Shown piece after piece: positions 47,504-59,255 of a DNA stretch of 64,000 nucleotides (within the stretch, counting starts at the first letter, position 1; each line of letters starts with the position of its first letter). A model generated the notes under the pieces. That model ran no database searches and was not told the origin of the DNA. It saw nothing but the letters and a program-made list of their open reading frames with translations. Origin of the DNA: Nemertoderma westbladi. Its lineage: Eukaryota > Animalia > Xenacoelomorpha. The stretch is from assembly GCA_032718475.1 (NCBI GenBank), contig JAUCBJ010001482.1, forward strand, positions 1 to 64,000. Direction: 5' to 3'. The position numbers and the translations under genes were made by a program.

Positions 47504-50500
47504 CTACTACTAGGTCGAGCGAACTCGGACAGTGGAAATGAGATCCTTCCAGGCTTCCCGATTCTCCATAGTTGTCGCAATTTCGTTTCTCCCAAGTTCA
47601 GTATCCCTTTCAAGTTGATCTATATATGTTATGGCAGGTCGTCCACGACTACGCTTTCCATGAGTTGGTTGCCAGAGAAGTAGATCTGGTATGACCTCGT
47701 CTTTACTTCGCCAGCAGTGCCCACTGAATCTTAATCTGCGTTCGCGGAGGGTGGTTGATACAGGTGGTATTGTACCATAAAGCTCGGCGTTTGTCATGTG
47801 TTGTCTCCAGCTGATGTTTAGGGCTGCCCTTAGTAGTCTTCTGTAGCAACCATCAATTCGTTGTTCAAGTGATTTAGTCAGTGTCCAGGTCTCACCCCCG
47901 TATAAAAATACACTTTCCACTGTGGCTCGAAAGAACTTGGTCTTCAGGTGCCTGGAGAGATCTGATTTCCAGATGGTATCCATTTTTGATAGAGCTACCC
48001 AAGCCTTTGCTTTCCTAACTTCTATGTCCTTTTTGCTACTCTCTATCCATGATCCAAGGTACTGGAAGTCATCGACCTTCCTTAGTTGATTATTATCAAT
48101 GGTTGTCAAGTTTCCATCAACATTAAAGGTCATGAATTCGGTCTTGGTAGCATTTATATGCAATCCAACCTCCTTAGCAGCCCTCTCCACTTTATTTAGT
48201 AGAAGCTGTGCATCTGCTAGCGTATTAGAGAGCAGGGCGATGTCATCCGCAAAGTCAGTGTCTGTGACTGTAGTTGCCGGATATCTACTACTTCTGCGTT
48301 CTTGAAGTGTGAATCCCAGATCTTCACCCTTTGTGGCCGTCCTCATTGCGTAATCCAGCACAATTACAAATAGTAATGGTGCTAATGTGTCACCTTGCAG
48401 TACGCCAGCCAGGATTGAGAAAAACTCAGTTTCACCATCTGGTGAGAGTACCTGCGCTTCTGTGTCACAATATAGCAATCCAATGCCAGCAACAATTACT
48501 TCTGGTATTCCATAAGCTCTTAGGATTTCAAGCATTTTACCTCTATGGATGGAGTCGAATGCCTTCTTGAAGTCCACAAAAGTCATGACTGCGGGGAGAT
48601 TCTTTGACTTAATTCCTTCAATCAGTCTCCGTAGTGCAAGTATCTGAGCTATTGTTGATCTACTTGGTCGAAATCCGTTTTGGCTCTTACGCAGTAGTTT
48701 CTCTATGTGAGGCCTAATCCTATATAGAATCATTTTATTGTATATTTTGGCAGCTACCACAAGCAGACAGATCCCACGATAGTTTGTTGGTATGCCGAGG
48801 TCTCCTTTCTTGGGGAGAGGCTTTAGTTGACCTTTAGTCCAAATTGGTGGTGGCTTTTCCCCTTTTAACATCCGGTTGCAAACATTCAATAATGGTCTAT
48901 TTAGCACTCCGGTTTTCCATACCTCCGCTGGGATTTCATCTAATCCACTCGCTTTATTATTGGACATGCTTTTAATGCTTCTTTGGAGTTCGGCAGGTGT
49001 GAAGTCCCCTGTTTCTATAGGTAGTGTCTTGTCATATATTTTCCTTGTAGGGCTGACCTCGATGTTTGGTGGCTGCCCAAGCAAGTTGCTGAAGTGATTT
49101 TTCCACTTCCCAACACGTTCTTCAGGACTATCGGCTTTGAGGCGCCCCTTTGCACAACTTTTCCGACCAGATACCTCATTTACAGTTTGCCAGGTAAGTC
49201 TTGATTGTTGCTGTATGTGAGCTGTTGTAATTGCTTCAGTTTTATCCTGTATGTACTTTTCCTGGCTGATGTTGTAGGCCAATTTAAGATCGTCCTTCGC
49301 TTTCTCAACCTTGTTAATGTTTTCGGTTGTTGGTTGTTCGGTTTTAACTTTGTAGGCTATCTTAAGATCTTCTCTCTTACAAGTAACCTCAGAGTTTTGC
49401 CATGGCACATACTGTTTTCGTTTAGGTTTCTGGGGGATATGCCTCTTAGCTGATTCCTTGTGGGCTGTTATTATATTCTGGTATATTGAATCGGTGGATT
49501 GGTCTTCATCCATTGACTGAAGTGCTTCAAAGCGGTTTTGAACTTCTACTGTATAAGCATCCTTTACAGCATTGTCAGTTCTGAGTTTCTCCCAGTCATA
49601 GTTGATATGCTTGCTTGTCCTGGGTTTGCTGGCTCTCAAACTGAGTCTGATCTCTGCAGTCACAATTCTGTGGTCCGAACCAATTAGGTTGAACGAGCTG
49701 TATGCCTCGCAGTTGATCATGCTATTTCTCCACTTTTTGTTTATAAGGATGTAATCCAGTTGTGCTTTGGTTCCATTAGGGTATTGAAAGGTCCATAGCT
49801 TCCCCTTACTCTTTTCGAATGTGTTGTTTGTTGGTATCAATTCACATTCTTCCATTAGGTCTAAGAGTAAGTACCCATTTCTGTTAGAACTGGTGTTATA
49901 GGTGTAACCCTTGATGTCTTCTGGGCCAATTTGCGCATTCAGGTCACCAGCAATGACTTTAACATTGTGTTTCGGGATGTCCTTAATAAGTCCAGTCAGT
50001 TCTTCATAAAACTTGACTGCTTGTTCTGGCTCTGATGCATTGGTTGGACTGTAGCAACATATAACTGTTGTCTTGGGATTCCCATCAAATGTTGCGATCA
50101 TAACCCTGGAATTTATAGATTCGATGTTGTTTAGGGTCTTAAGTGCAAATGGGCTTAGCAGAATTCCTACTCCACCAATTGATGCATTGGCCGAGTTTCT
50201 TACTGCTGAGCTTGTTACTAACGTCCATCCATTTCCAATGTCATTGTACTTCATGGCAGTGTCTTCATGACAAATCCGATGTTCTTGGATGCAGATGATG
50301 TCGATGTTATATTCCATTGCCAGAGCGACCATGTCACCCTGTTTGCTCTGTGCTTTCAGCGTGCGTGCGTTCATTGTAGCAATCTTTAGTGTCTTTTTAC
50401 ATTTCAACAGGTTGGTTCTTCTTTCTTCTCTGTCTTCTGTTCCAGTAGCCAATTTATCGACCCCAGCCTGGTGTACCACTGAGGGACGCGGTCCTTGTTG

Positions 50501-50601
50501 ACCCGGGCGACGACCGAGCCGGTATTTCTCCTGGAGGGTTCTCATACTCATATCTTTCAGTTGCGGGGGTAAACCGCTTGTGGTCGCAACTCCTACAAGC
50601 G
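47504..50601 (-). mobile_element. RTE-clade non-LTR retrotransposon (family A), near full length
   Basis: Single ORF with AP endonuclease and RT. The stop codon is the first unit of a (TAG)n tail. No TSD recognisable at the 5' end. Confidence 0.93.
47510..50551 (-). CDS. RTE ORF: APE endonuclease-reverse transcriptase, 1013 aa, uninterrupted
   Basis: APE motifs IATMNARTL, CIQEHR, GDLNAQIG, LDYIL and SDH. RT motifs NYRGI, QNGFR, FVDFKKAFDS, GVLQGDTLAP, FADD and YLGS. Confidence 0.95.
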   Translation of the reverse strand: MSMRTLQEKYRLGRRPGQQGPRPSVVHQAGVDKLATGTEDREERRTNLLKCKKTLKIATMNARTLKAQSKQGDMVALAMEYNIDIICIQEHRICHEDTAMKYNDIGNGWTLVTSSAVRNSANASIGGVGILLSPFALKTLNNIESINSRVMIATFDGNPKTTVICCYSPTNASEPEQAVKFYEELTGLIKDIPKHNVKVIAGDLNAQIGPEDIKGYTYNTSSNRNGYLLLDLMEECELIPTNNTFEKSKGKLWTFQYPNGTKAQLDYILINKKWRNSMINCEAYSSFNLIGSDHRIVTAEIRLSLRASKPRTSKHINYDWEKLRTDNAVKDAYTVEVQNRFEALQSMDEDQSTDSIYQNIITAHKESAKRHIPQKPKRKQYVPWQNSEVTCKREDLKIAYKVKTEQPTTENINKVEKAKDDLKLAYNISQEKYIQDKTEAITTAHIQQQSRLTWQTVNEVSGRKSCAKGRLKADSPEERVGKWKNHFSNLLGQPPNIEVSPTRKIYDKTLPIETGDFTPAELQRSIKSMSNNKASGLDEIPAEVWKTGVLNRPLLNVCNRMLKGEKPPPIWTKGQLKPLPKKGDLGIPTNYRGICLLVVAAKIYNKMILYRIRPHIEKLLRKSQNGFRPSRSTIAQILALRRLIEGIKSKNLPAVMTFVDFKKAFDSIHRGKMLEILRAYGIPEVIVAGIGLLYCDTEAQVLSPDGETEFFSILAGVLQGDTLAPLLFVIVLDYAMRTATKGEDLGFTLQERRSSRYPATTVTDTDFADDIALLSNTLADAQLLLNKVERAAKEVGLHINATKTEFMTFNVDGNLTTIDNNQLRKVDDFQYLGSWIESSKKDIEVRKAKAWVALSKMDTIWKSDLSRHLKTKFFRATVESVFLYGGETWTLTKSLEQRIDGCYRRLLRAALNISWRQHMTNAELYGTIPPVSTTLRERRLRFSGHCWRSKDEVIPDLLLWQPTHGKRSRGRPAITYIDQLERDTELGRNEIATTMENREAWKDLISTVRVRST

Positions 50602-50781
50602 TGAATTTTGTAAAACATTAAATTAATAGAAGTAATTAAAAACAAATAAATAAATAAACCAGATTTTAAACACGTTAATGCATTTCAAAATCTTCAGAAC
50701 GTTTGGTTTTCAAAAATAAATAAATCTTTTATTACAAACTTAAAAATTATAAAATTAAAAAATTAAAATTAAAAATTTTTT

Positions 50782-50920
50782 TGTTATTTTTAGGAATTAA
50801 GTTTTATTTACTGTTTTAATATAATAAAATAAATATATTTCAAGGGCTAAGGGCCCATTGGGCCCTTAGCCCTTGAAATATATAAATACAGTAAATAAAA
50901 CTTAATTCTTAAAAATAACA
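50782..50920. repeat. Long palindrome / hairpin MITE
   Basis: Core TATTTCAAGGGCTAAGGGCCCA-T-TGGGCCCTTAGCCCTTGAAATA, with outer arms TGTTATTTTTA.GAATTAAGTTTTATTTACTG. Confidence 0.85.
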
Positions 50921-50949
50921 TAATATGAATTATAACATCTCTATTTTTA

Positions 50950-51668
50950 ATTTACACAGGTTTTTTGGTGTTAGCAATTGGATGGAATTTCATGGGATGG
51001 GATTTCATAAGAGTTTTCAAACTTGTATTTTTCGCAGGTGGGTGAAAATTGTTGTGCCAGCACCAAATTTTTGGAAAATAAGCAAATTGATCAGTATATA
51101 GTATCATATTGTTTCTTGCGTTATACGGGTTTATGAGGGTCCTGAATCCGATGGAATCAATAAAAACAGCACTGGACATCGTAAACTTGTACTTTTTAGC
51201 TAGCACCAAAATTTGTTAAATTACGCCGAAAAATACAAGTAGCAATGATCTGGCATATTAGAAATGTATTCCATCAGTATCAGCACACTAGAAAACCCGA
51301 AAATGTAAATTTATAGCATCGTATAAGTGAATTAAAAAATTTGTGTTCTAACTGAAAAGTGCTGGTTACTTGTTTTTTTCATTTTTTTCCTACTCAGAGA
51401 GGACTAAACAGCCATTTATAGTAATCATATCATTTTTAAATATTTTCCAATGTATTTTGCGCCCCAGAAATCCTGTATTGAAAAACAATTAGCTGAAAAA
51501 GGTAACTTTCAAATTTTGTGAAAATTGTGCACTACTTGTAAATTTGGTGCTGCAATATAACCACCCCAGTACATTTTTTCGAAAATTTTTGTTTTCGGTC
51601 GGATCCAACTAGTGATACCTACGTACAAACAAAAAATCAGATGTTTTCGTACAAATTTGTAGATTTTA

Positions 51669-51699
<31 letters not shown>

Positions 51700-51761
51700 T
51701 GTGGGGGGTGATCCCCCCGGTATTTGTACAACATTTTATAGCTCGGTTAGAATAGGGTTAA
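50950..51761. mobile_element. piggyBac-type non-autonomous element fragment, related to 16976-17675
   Basis: Ends ATAGGG-TTAA at 51752-51761. Shared AAAAATACAAGTAGCA motifs. Confidence 0.5.
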
Positions 51762-52321
51762 ACCTCTACTTTTATATATATCTTCTGATCAGCCATCAAC
51801 TAACAACTTCTATATTATCATTTGCATTAAATATTATATCCAATTTAGCAACGGTGTACATTTTGTATTCGAGTAATAATGGATGTGAAATTCTTCACTG
51901 TATAGAAGAACGGTAGTTCGTTGAACTCAATGGAGACCTCATGTCGCTATTATAGTTTACATGGCTGATGATGTTATAAGAGAAGAAAGAGTGTTTTATA
52001 GCACAGAGTTTAAAAAGTAAGATCAATAATTTACATTACAATGGTATACTGTTAAACCATCCCAGCTACATATATAATACAATTCTGCATTCAATTATTC
52101 AACACATTAGGTATACAAGCAAGAGTGTAGGTCTACAGTACTACAAAATATAAAGGTAGTTTATTAGCTTTAATGCAAGATTTCCGTCAATTATATTTTG
52201 TAATTTTTCTAGGACAATGATGTACAAAAGCTTTAGTTAAGTAGGTAAATATAGTATAGCTTAGCTTGTCTGGTAGTGAAACAATTAGTTAGGGCAGAAA
52301 TGTTAATAAATAGGGAAGAAA

Positions 52322-53863
52322 AGTAATTGACGGCCCTTTAAGGGCCGCTTTACATCCTTTGCCACTATCGAGGAGCTCCCCGTGCTGCAAAGGGGAAGCA
52401 TGGCTGTAAAGCTGATGACTAACGCTGGATAAATTCTATTTTTTTAATTGTGATTAAATCAAAAATAACGAAAAATAAGATAGGTTTAAAGAATAGCCTA
52501 TAAAATTTTCATATTTTTGTATTGGACCCTAAATTTTTGCATGCAAGCTCAGAATTAAATTATCTTTCGAATGATATATTACACTAAGGTACACGAAGTG
52601 GGGCCTTCGCGCAGCACGTGAAATGAGTTAATGCTAAGTATCAACTCGAAAGGATTATAAAAACATAGGAGAAGATTTTCCCGGAAAACGTTAACCCTCT
52701 AGCGGGAGACTGGGTAACTGAAGAAGGAAGGATTAGTTTCCCTACAAAGCCACATCCTATGGTCTATTACATATCTACCAAGTTTCCGATTGACGGATCA
52801 TAAATAACGAAATGTTGGAAGGTTTTCACTTTCATACATTTAGCCCTCTAGCGGCATATTAAAGAACTACGGATCGATCACCTTCCTCACAAAGACGAGG
52901 CATGTGGTCTAGTACATACCGGTACTGTATATTCCAAAATTCAGCTTAAATAGATTAAGATCAAGGAATTCGCAAAGGTTATCACTTTCCTACATTTCGC
53001 CCTCTAGCGGCAGACTCGAAAACTCCGGACCGATTACTGTCCACACAAAGACTTAGGATGTCTTCTAGTACATATATGACAAGTTTCAGCGTAATCAGAT
53101 CATAAACAACTAAATGGAAGAATAATTTCACATTCGGGACATTTCGCCCTCTAGCGGCAGACTGGAGAACTGCAGACAGATTAGCCTCCTTTGAAATTTA
53201 CAGCTAATGGTCTAGTACATACTTCCCAAGTTTCAGCTTAAACGGATTAAAAGCAAAGAAATGGGTGGCCATTTAATGTTTAGACATGTGGCCCTCTAGC
53301 GGGAGACTGGAAAACTTCGGACCGATTACAATCCACACAAAGACTCAGGATGTCATCTAGTACATATATGACAAGTTTCAGCGTAATCAGATCATAAACA
53401 ACTAAATGGAAGAATAATTTCACATTCGGGACATTTCGCCCTCTAGCGGCAGACTGGAGAACTGCAGACAGATTAGCCTCCTTTGAAATTTACAGCTAAT
53501 GGTCTAGTACATACTTCCCAAGTTTCAGCTTAAACGGATTAAAAGCAAAGAAATGGGTGGCCATTTAATGTTTAGACATGTGGCCCTCTAGCGGGAGACC
53601 ATTGCACTGATGGTGTCTGAAAGTCTCTCAAAAATCTCAACTTTTGCTCATATTGATACCTACAAATTTTCAACTTGGCAGCTTTAAATCCGACAAAGTT
53701 ATTAGCATGTCAAAATCGTAACGACGACGACAACGACGACGACGACAACGACGACGACGACAACGACGACGACGACGACGACGACAACTATTTGCATAAA
53801 TTGACCCACCCCCTAACAGTGTCAATTCGCTAAGGCTCCGCCAACTTCGTGGCTCGCCCCACA
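52322..53863 (+). mobile_element. Helentron/HINE-like non-autonomous element with internal ~146-bp tandem repeats and a (GAC/AAC)n microsatellite
   Basis: AATTGAC plus a GGCCCTTTAAGGGCC hairpin at the start. Seven units containing CCCTCTAGCGG. Microsatellite at 53720-53787. GTCAATT near the end. The terminal TCGTGGCTCGCCCCACA also occurs at 36391-36407. Confidence 0.55.
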
Positions 53864-54250
53864 TGTCTGGGTCTGGCAGTTTTGGCTGGCCAGGGGGGGC
53901 AATCATTATGGAACACCCAGTATGTTTGTTTGCTCCTCTATCTCCTCCTAAACTACTGTCTCTTGCGATATGGGGAAAGTACCATTTGGATTCAGCGTGG
54001 TCCTGGGCTCTGTATAAAGTAATTTTCACCGACATGCAGTGAATATTTTCGGTAGTTTTAGTGCTTTTTCGGTATTTATTGCAATTCGATTATTGTTTTT
54101 GCTTCTTACGAGACGAACACAGTTAATTGCAACTTTTTCTACCGATTTTGGTCTAAATTCGAGCGAAAAAGTAACAACTTAAGAATAAAAATATTGAGGG
54201 TTTTTTTAGCTGGTTATATTATTTTAAATAATGATATCACCAGCTAAAGA

Positions 54251-56343
54251 GGATAGTTGGAAATTAAGCACACAATCAAACACAACCAAACACACACCAA
54301 ATGTTAACCAGTTTTGTCAAACACAGTCCAAATCGGAAAGCCAAGGTAATTCTACGTCAGTTTTGTACAAAAATTATTTTCAAAATGTCTAAGCAATGCC
54401 TCTATTATTGCCAATTTGTATCTCAACTCACAGCTGGACTGGTTGCTAGGCACTAGTGACATATGTATTACGTACTGCTACCGGTACAAAGCAAGGACAA
54501 CTCTACGGAGTTGTACTTAGAAGAGTTACTGATGTACGGTACATGCCTGCAACCAGACAACAGACCTATCATCTATTAAACCCGAAACGATGGCGACGGG
54601 GTCTATTAAACCCGGAACGATGGCGACGGAGTCTATTTAACCCGGAACGATATGGCGACGGAGTCTTTTAAACCCAGAACGATTTGTGAATTAAACCCGG
54701 AACGATGGCGTGGCGACGGAGTCTATTAAACCCAGAGGCGGAACAATGGTGAATTAACATTAAACCCGGAACAATGGCGACAGAGTCTATTAAACCCGGA
54801 ACGATGGCGACAGAGTCTAATAAACGTTAAAAGGCCAACCGAATTAGGTAAAGGATGGATTCCCTGAGGGAGAACGACTGAACGAGTTTACAACGGTTTT
54901 CAGTTTTGATACAGTTTGGGGTACGGTACAGGGGTTGGGCGGGTTGACCTCAGATCACCCAACCAACCTATCTAGATACGACACAACCTATCTAGATACG
55001 AAACAACCTATCTAGAGACGAAATCCGCGCCCTGAACTCGATTAATAGTGATCCGGTTATCATCATTAAGAAAGTAAAAGAGTTTAATTTTAGTACAGCC
55101 ATGACAGCTGTAACTATAATTCTGGTTAAATTTATTTAAACTTCAATTTTGTACAGTTGTTGTGATGGTTTCATTTCGGTGTAAAATGTAGCATGTAGTA
55201 AACTACTGTAATATAAATATAATATTGTAATTTGTCATATTAATTTATTAGCGGGATTAGCAATTAACTGTGTTCAATTAGCTCTTGTTGGAGGCCTTCG
55301 GACTCCTTCCACTGTCTGTTTTGTGGCGCGCCTGCCACATATATTCTACACTCGTTACGATGAGTCAGTACGTGCGGAGAGTCAGTCGAATATGTGTAGC
55401 GGTGAAATAATTACATTAACAATGAAATGAAAACAATGAAATAATCACATTAACAATGAAAACGGCGACAATAATAATCAACATTGTCATTAAAAGCAAT
55501 GACTCGATACTGATATGATTCATATGTAATGTTAAAAATAAGGAGATTATCATAAAAGTTACCGGTAGCTCTTGATTAATCATAAATTGACATGACATAT
55601 AGACATATAAAGCGATTGACAGATTGATGTTAAATAATTTCAAAATTATCAATAGAAAAATATATTATTATGATTTTAGTATTGGCGACAAACCAGTCTG
55701 ACTTTGAAACTCTCTTGTTCGATGTATTTTCCAGGTTATTTGATTGGCCTCACAATCCCTCGGGATTTAATTTACTCGGCATTCGATCGATATCGTACAC
55801 CATGGCCATCGTTCTGGGTTTAAGAGATGCCGTCGCCATCGTTCCGGGTTTTATAGACTCCATCGCCATCGTTCCGGGTTTAATAGACTCCGTCGCCATC
55901 GTTCCGGGTTTAATAGACTCCGTCGCCATCGTTCTGGGTTTAATAGACTCCGTCGCCTTCGTTCCGGGTTTAATAGACTCTATCGCCATCGTTCCGGGTT
56001 TAATAGATGATAGGGCTGTTGTCTGGTTGTAGGCCTGCACATCAGTAACTCTACTAAGTACAACTCTGTAGAGTTGTCCTTGCTTTGTAATGGTAGCGGT
56101 ATGTAATGCAAACGTCACAAGTGCCTAGCAACCTGTCCAGCTGTGAGTTGAGATACAAATTGGCAATAATAGAGGGCATTGCTTAGATATTTTGAAAATA
56201 ATTTTTGTACAAACTGACATAGAATTAACTTGCCTTTCCGATTTGGACTGTGTTTCACGAAACTGGTTAACATTTGGACTGTGTTTGATTGTGTTTGTGT
56301 GTGTTTGTGTGTGTTTGATTGTGTGCTTAATTTCCAACTATGC
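54251..56343. mobile_element. Foldback/MULE-type element with ~550-bp TIRs containing 30-bp tandem repeats
   Basis: Arms ~54251-54825 and ~55800-56343 are reverse complements. Internal unit GAGTCTATTAAACCCGGAACGATGGCGACG. 9-bp TSD AGCTAAAGA. Confidence 0.9.
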
Positions 56344-57324
56344 AGCTAAAGACCCTCAATATTTTATTTTATTTATATTCAAATTCGGATATGTGTTAAT
56401 GGCTATTCTGAACCAGAGGGAATTATCCTCAGATACTTCTATATCTAAAGCTCAAATTGTGTATGTATGTATGTATGTTTGTATAGGGCGCGAAGCGCGC
56501 CAGGCTTGCTAGTATCAAAAATAGATATCAAAAATTTGAATATCAAAAAACATCATTTTGTATCGCTCACAATAACATTCACATTACAGTCTTGATTTCT
56601 CATCAAAGCGACGGGATATATTTTTGTCGCTCCAATTTAATGCGAATCCCACCATCCTAAGAACAACATTGTTCAGTATAATAGAGTCAGATAGCCAGGG
56701 CCGAATTATCGAATTTCAGTTAGTAAGAAACATATTAACGTATGTTTCTTATTATTAAAGTGATCGTATACCCACTTTAATTGGGGCTAGTTTGGGAACA
56801 GACAACGACCCATCGTCCATAGCAATCATAGCATCTGCTACAGCATCTTTTTTTTTATATATACATTTCTTTAATTTCGGGCAAACAGGGCAATATTGTT
56901 ATTATATTGTTCTACTGCCGGTACCATCGGGACCTATAGCTTTATTTTGATTAAGCTCATAAAGTGCCTCATCTAAATCCTCTATGAGTTAGTTCAATAA
57001 CTTCTAATAACGCTTCAGATTCTTCAGCCTGATGACTTGTGTTGGCATCGCTACCGAAAGATCCAATAGGCTGACTGCCTGGAGTACCAGTAGGATTAAT
57101 AGTACCTGGAGTACCAAAAGTTCCAATACCAAAAGTTCACTGCGTGGAGTACCAGTGGGATGACTAGTACCTGAAGTAAGGAAAGTTCTATTAGACACAC
57201 TGCTTGGAGTACCAAAAGTACCAAACTTTGTTGCTGATGCTCTGATGGCGGTGTCACATTATGTGGCGGTGGAGTCAGTCCTCCAACCATTAACGGGCTA
57301 GCAGTTTGAACACCACAGCACTTC

Positions 57325-57725
57325 AACAGACCTGCTGGCGAGATTGGACATCTCAGAGAGTGGCTTCTGGGGCAATCAATTCCAGAATATGTTCCTTGAC
57401 GTATCAGTATTCAATCAAGTATTGACATGGCTGCAGTATGCAGCCATGTCCCTACCATCAGCCCATCTGTACCATGAAGCGTGGAAGAACCTGAAGTATC
57501 AGGAATGAGTGCGGGAGGTGGAACCCACCACTTTCACGCCACTGGAATTCTCTGCGTTTGGTGGCATGGTACCTTTGGCCATACAGCTAGTGAAGCGGTT
57601 GGTGCACCGCCTGGCGGAAAGCGAGAAACACAGTAAACTGAGTGCATCACATGGGTTCTGCGAAAGTTGAACTTCGCGTTATTGCGCTCGGCCCACATGT
57701 GTCTCTGTGAACACCGGTCCACTGC
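57325..57725 (+). pseudogene. Decayed C-terminal restriction-like endonuclease region of a CRE-type non-LTR retrotransposon
   Basis: RLDISESGFW..FLDVSVFN..VREVEPTTFTPLEFSAFGGM..KRL..RLAE, with stops and frameshifts. Confidence 0.7.
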
Positions 57726-58049
57726 TAGACGACCCATTCGATACACAAATTCAGTTTCAGATACAGCCATTGTACTTGCATAGGCGGATGTTGCCCCACC
57801 ACCATAGATGCCAATGAGTGCAGACAAGACTGCAAAGAAACTGTCGACCCAGACTTCAACTTTGATCCCATGTAACATAAACTCTGTACCGTTATCTGTA
57901 TAGTAGTAAACTTCTTCCTGTGGTATATAGTATTAGGACTCATATAGAGAAACTGCTGTGTAAGAGCCAAAACGGATTTCGTCCAAATATATCAATAATA
58001 ACTGAGACTTGCACTACGGATTTATTATAGGAAGGGATCTAGGGGTCTT

Positions 58050-58640
58050 AACCTGACTTTGCACTTCAGAGACTGATGGGGGGAATTAAGCAAATAATAT
58101 TTCCACAGTCCTGACATTTGTGTACTTCAAGAATGCATTCGACTCCATCCATAGATGTAAAATGCTGGAAATCCTAAGAGCTTATGATGCCTGTGAAGAG
58201 CTCATACCAGATAAAGCTTGTGAAGAGCTTATACTAAAAGTAATTGTCAATGGCATTGGATTGATGCATTGTTATTGAGTTCTTCTCAATCCTGCCTGGC
58301 GTACTGCAAGGTGACACATTGGTGCCACTACTATTGGTAACTGAACTGGATTAAGTAATGAGGGAGGACACAAAAGATGGAGGTCTGATATTCACACTAC
58401 AAGAATGCAGAAGTAGCAGATATCCGGCAACTACAGGCACAGACATCAACTTTGCCTTATGACATTGCCCTGCTCTCTAATACGCTAGCAGATGCACAGC
58501 TACTACTGAAAAAATGAAGAGGGATGCAAAGGAGGTTGGATTGCATCTACCAAGACTGAAATCATTACTTTTAATTTTGATGGAAACTAGACAACAATTG
58601 ATTATAATCAACTATGGAAGGTTGATGAAAGTCTTCCAGT
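58050..58640 (+). pseudogene. Decayed RTE fragment of the same family as 47510-50551, in opposite orientation
   Basis: Collinear with the reverse complement of ~48060-48640 (e.g. TTCGACTCCATCCATAGA.GTAAAATGCT and GGCGTACTGCAAGGTGACACATT), with many indels. Confidence 0.85.
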
Positions 58641-59255
58641 ATATGATTCAGCCAACATTCGACCATTATGGTTGTAAAACATGTATCACCTTGAATACCA
58701 TGCCAATTTAAATTTAAATAGATTTTTCAGTAGCAACTTTGAATCCTTAGATGTGTGATGATTTACAACTGCATTGCAGTATTTTTACTAAATTTAAGAT
58801 AATTATTACTGGAACCAATATAATTCAGCCTAGTAGGATTTGGTTTTCGTAGAAGAGAGGAGCCATTACCCAATTATTATAAATGAATAATGCAGACTAG
58901 GGATTGTAATGCTGCTATTTCATCTACCACTACTGTAGTTATTACTATAATTTAGTTATCAAGTGTTATGTTTACGAGTACGTAAACGTACATGCAGTAC
59001 AATATTAATTTAGTTAGTTGCTCAATTGAAGTAGCAATGTGAACGTTATGACCAGACAACATATCAATTGAAGTAGCAATGTGAATGTTATTACACGACA
59101 ATATAACTAACTACTCAGCTAAAATAACGGTTATATTTTTAAACCTTTATGTATATTCTAATTATTCAAACTATAAAAACATTAAATAATATATAAACAA
59201 TAACCATTTAAAGGAGAGGGCAGCACTAACGTCCCTGTCAGTGTTTGCCAGGGGG

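Noticed and set aside
53670-54035. Arg/Cys-rich protamine-like ORF
   Set aside because: It is the translation of the (GAC/AAC)n microsatellite.
55670-56118. Repetitive ORFs (SIKPGTMATE)n and the antisense equivalent as proteins
   Set aside because: These are a by-product of the 30-bp repeats in the foldback TIR; the left arm is frameshifted.
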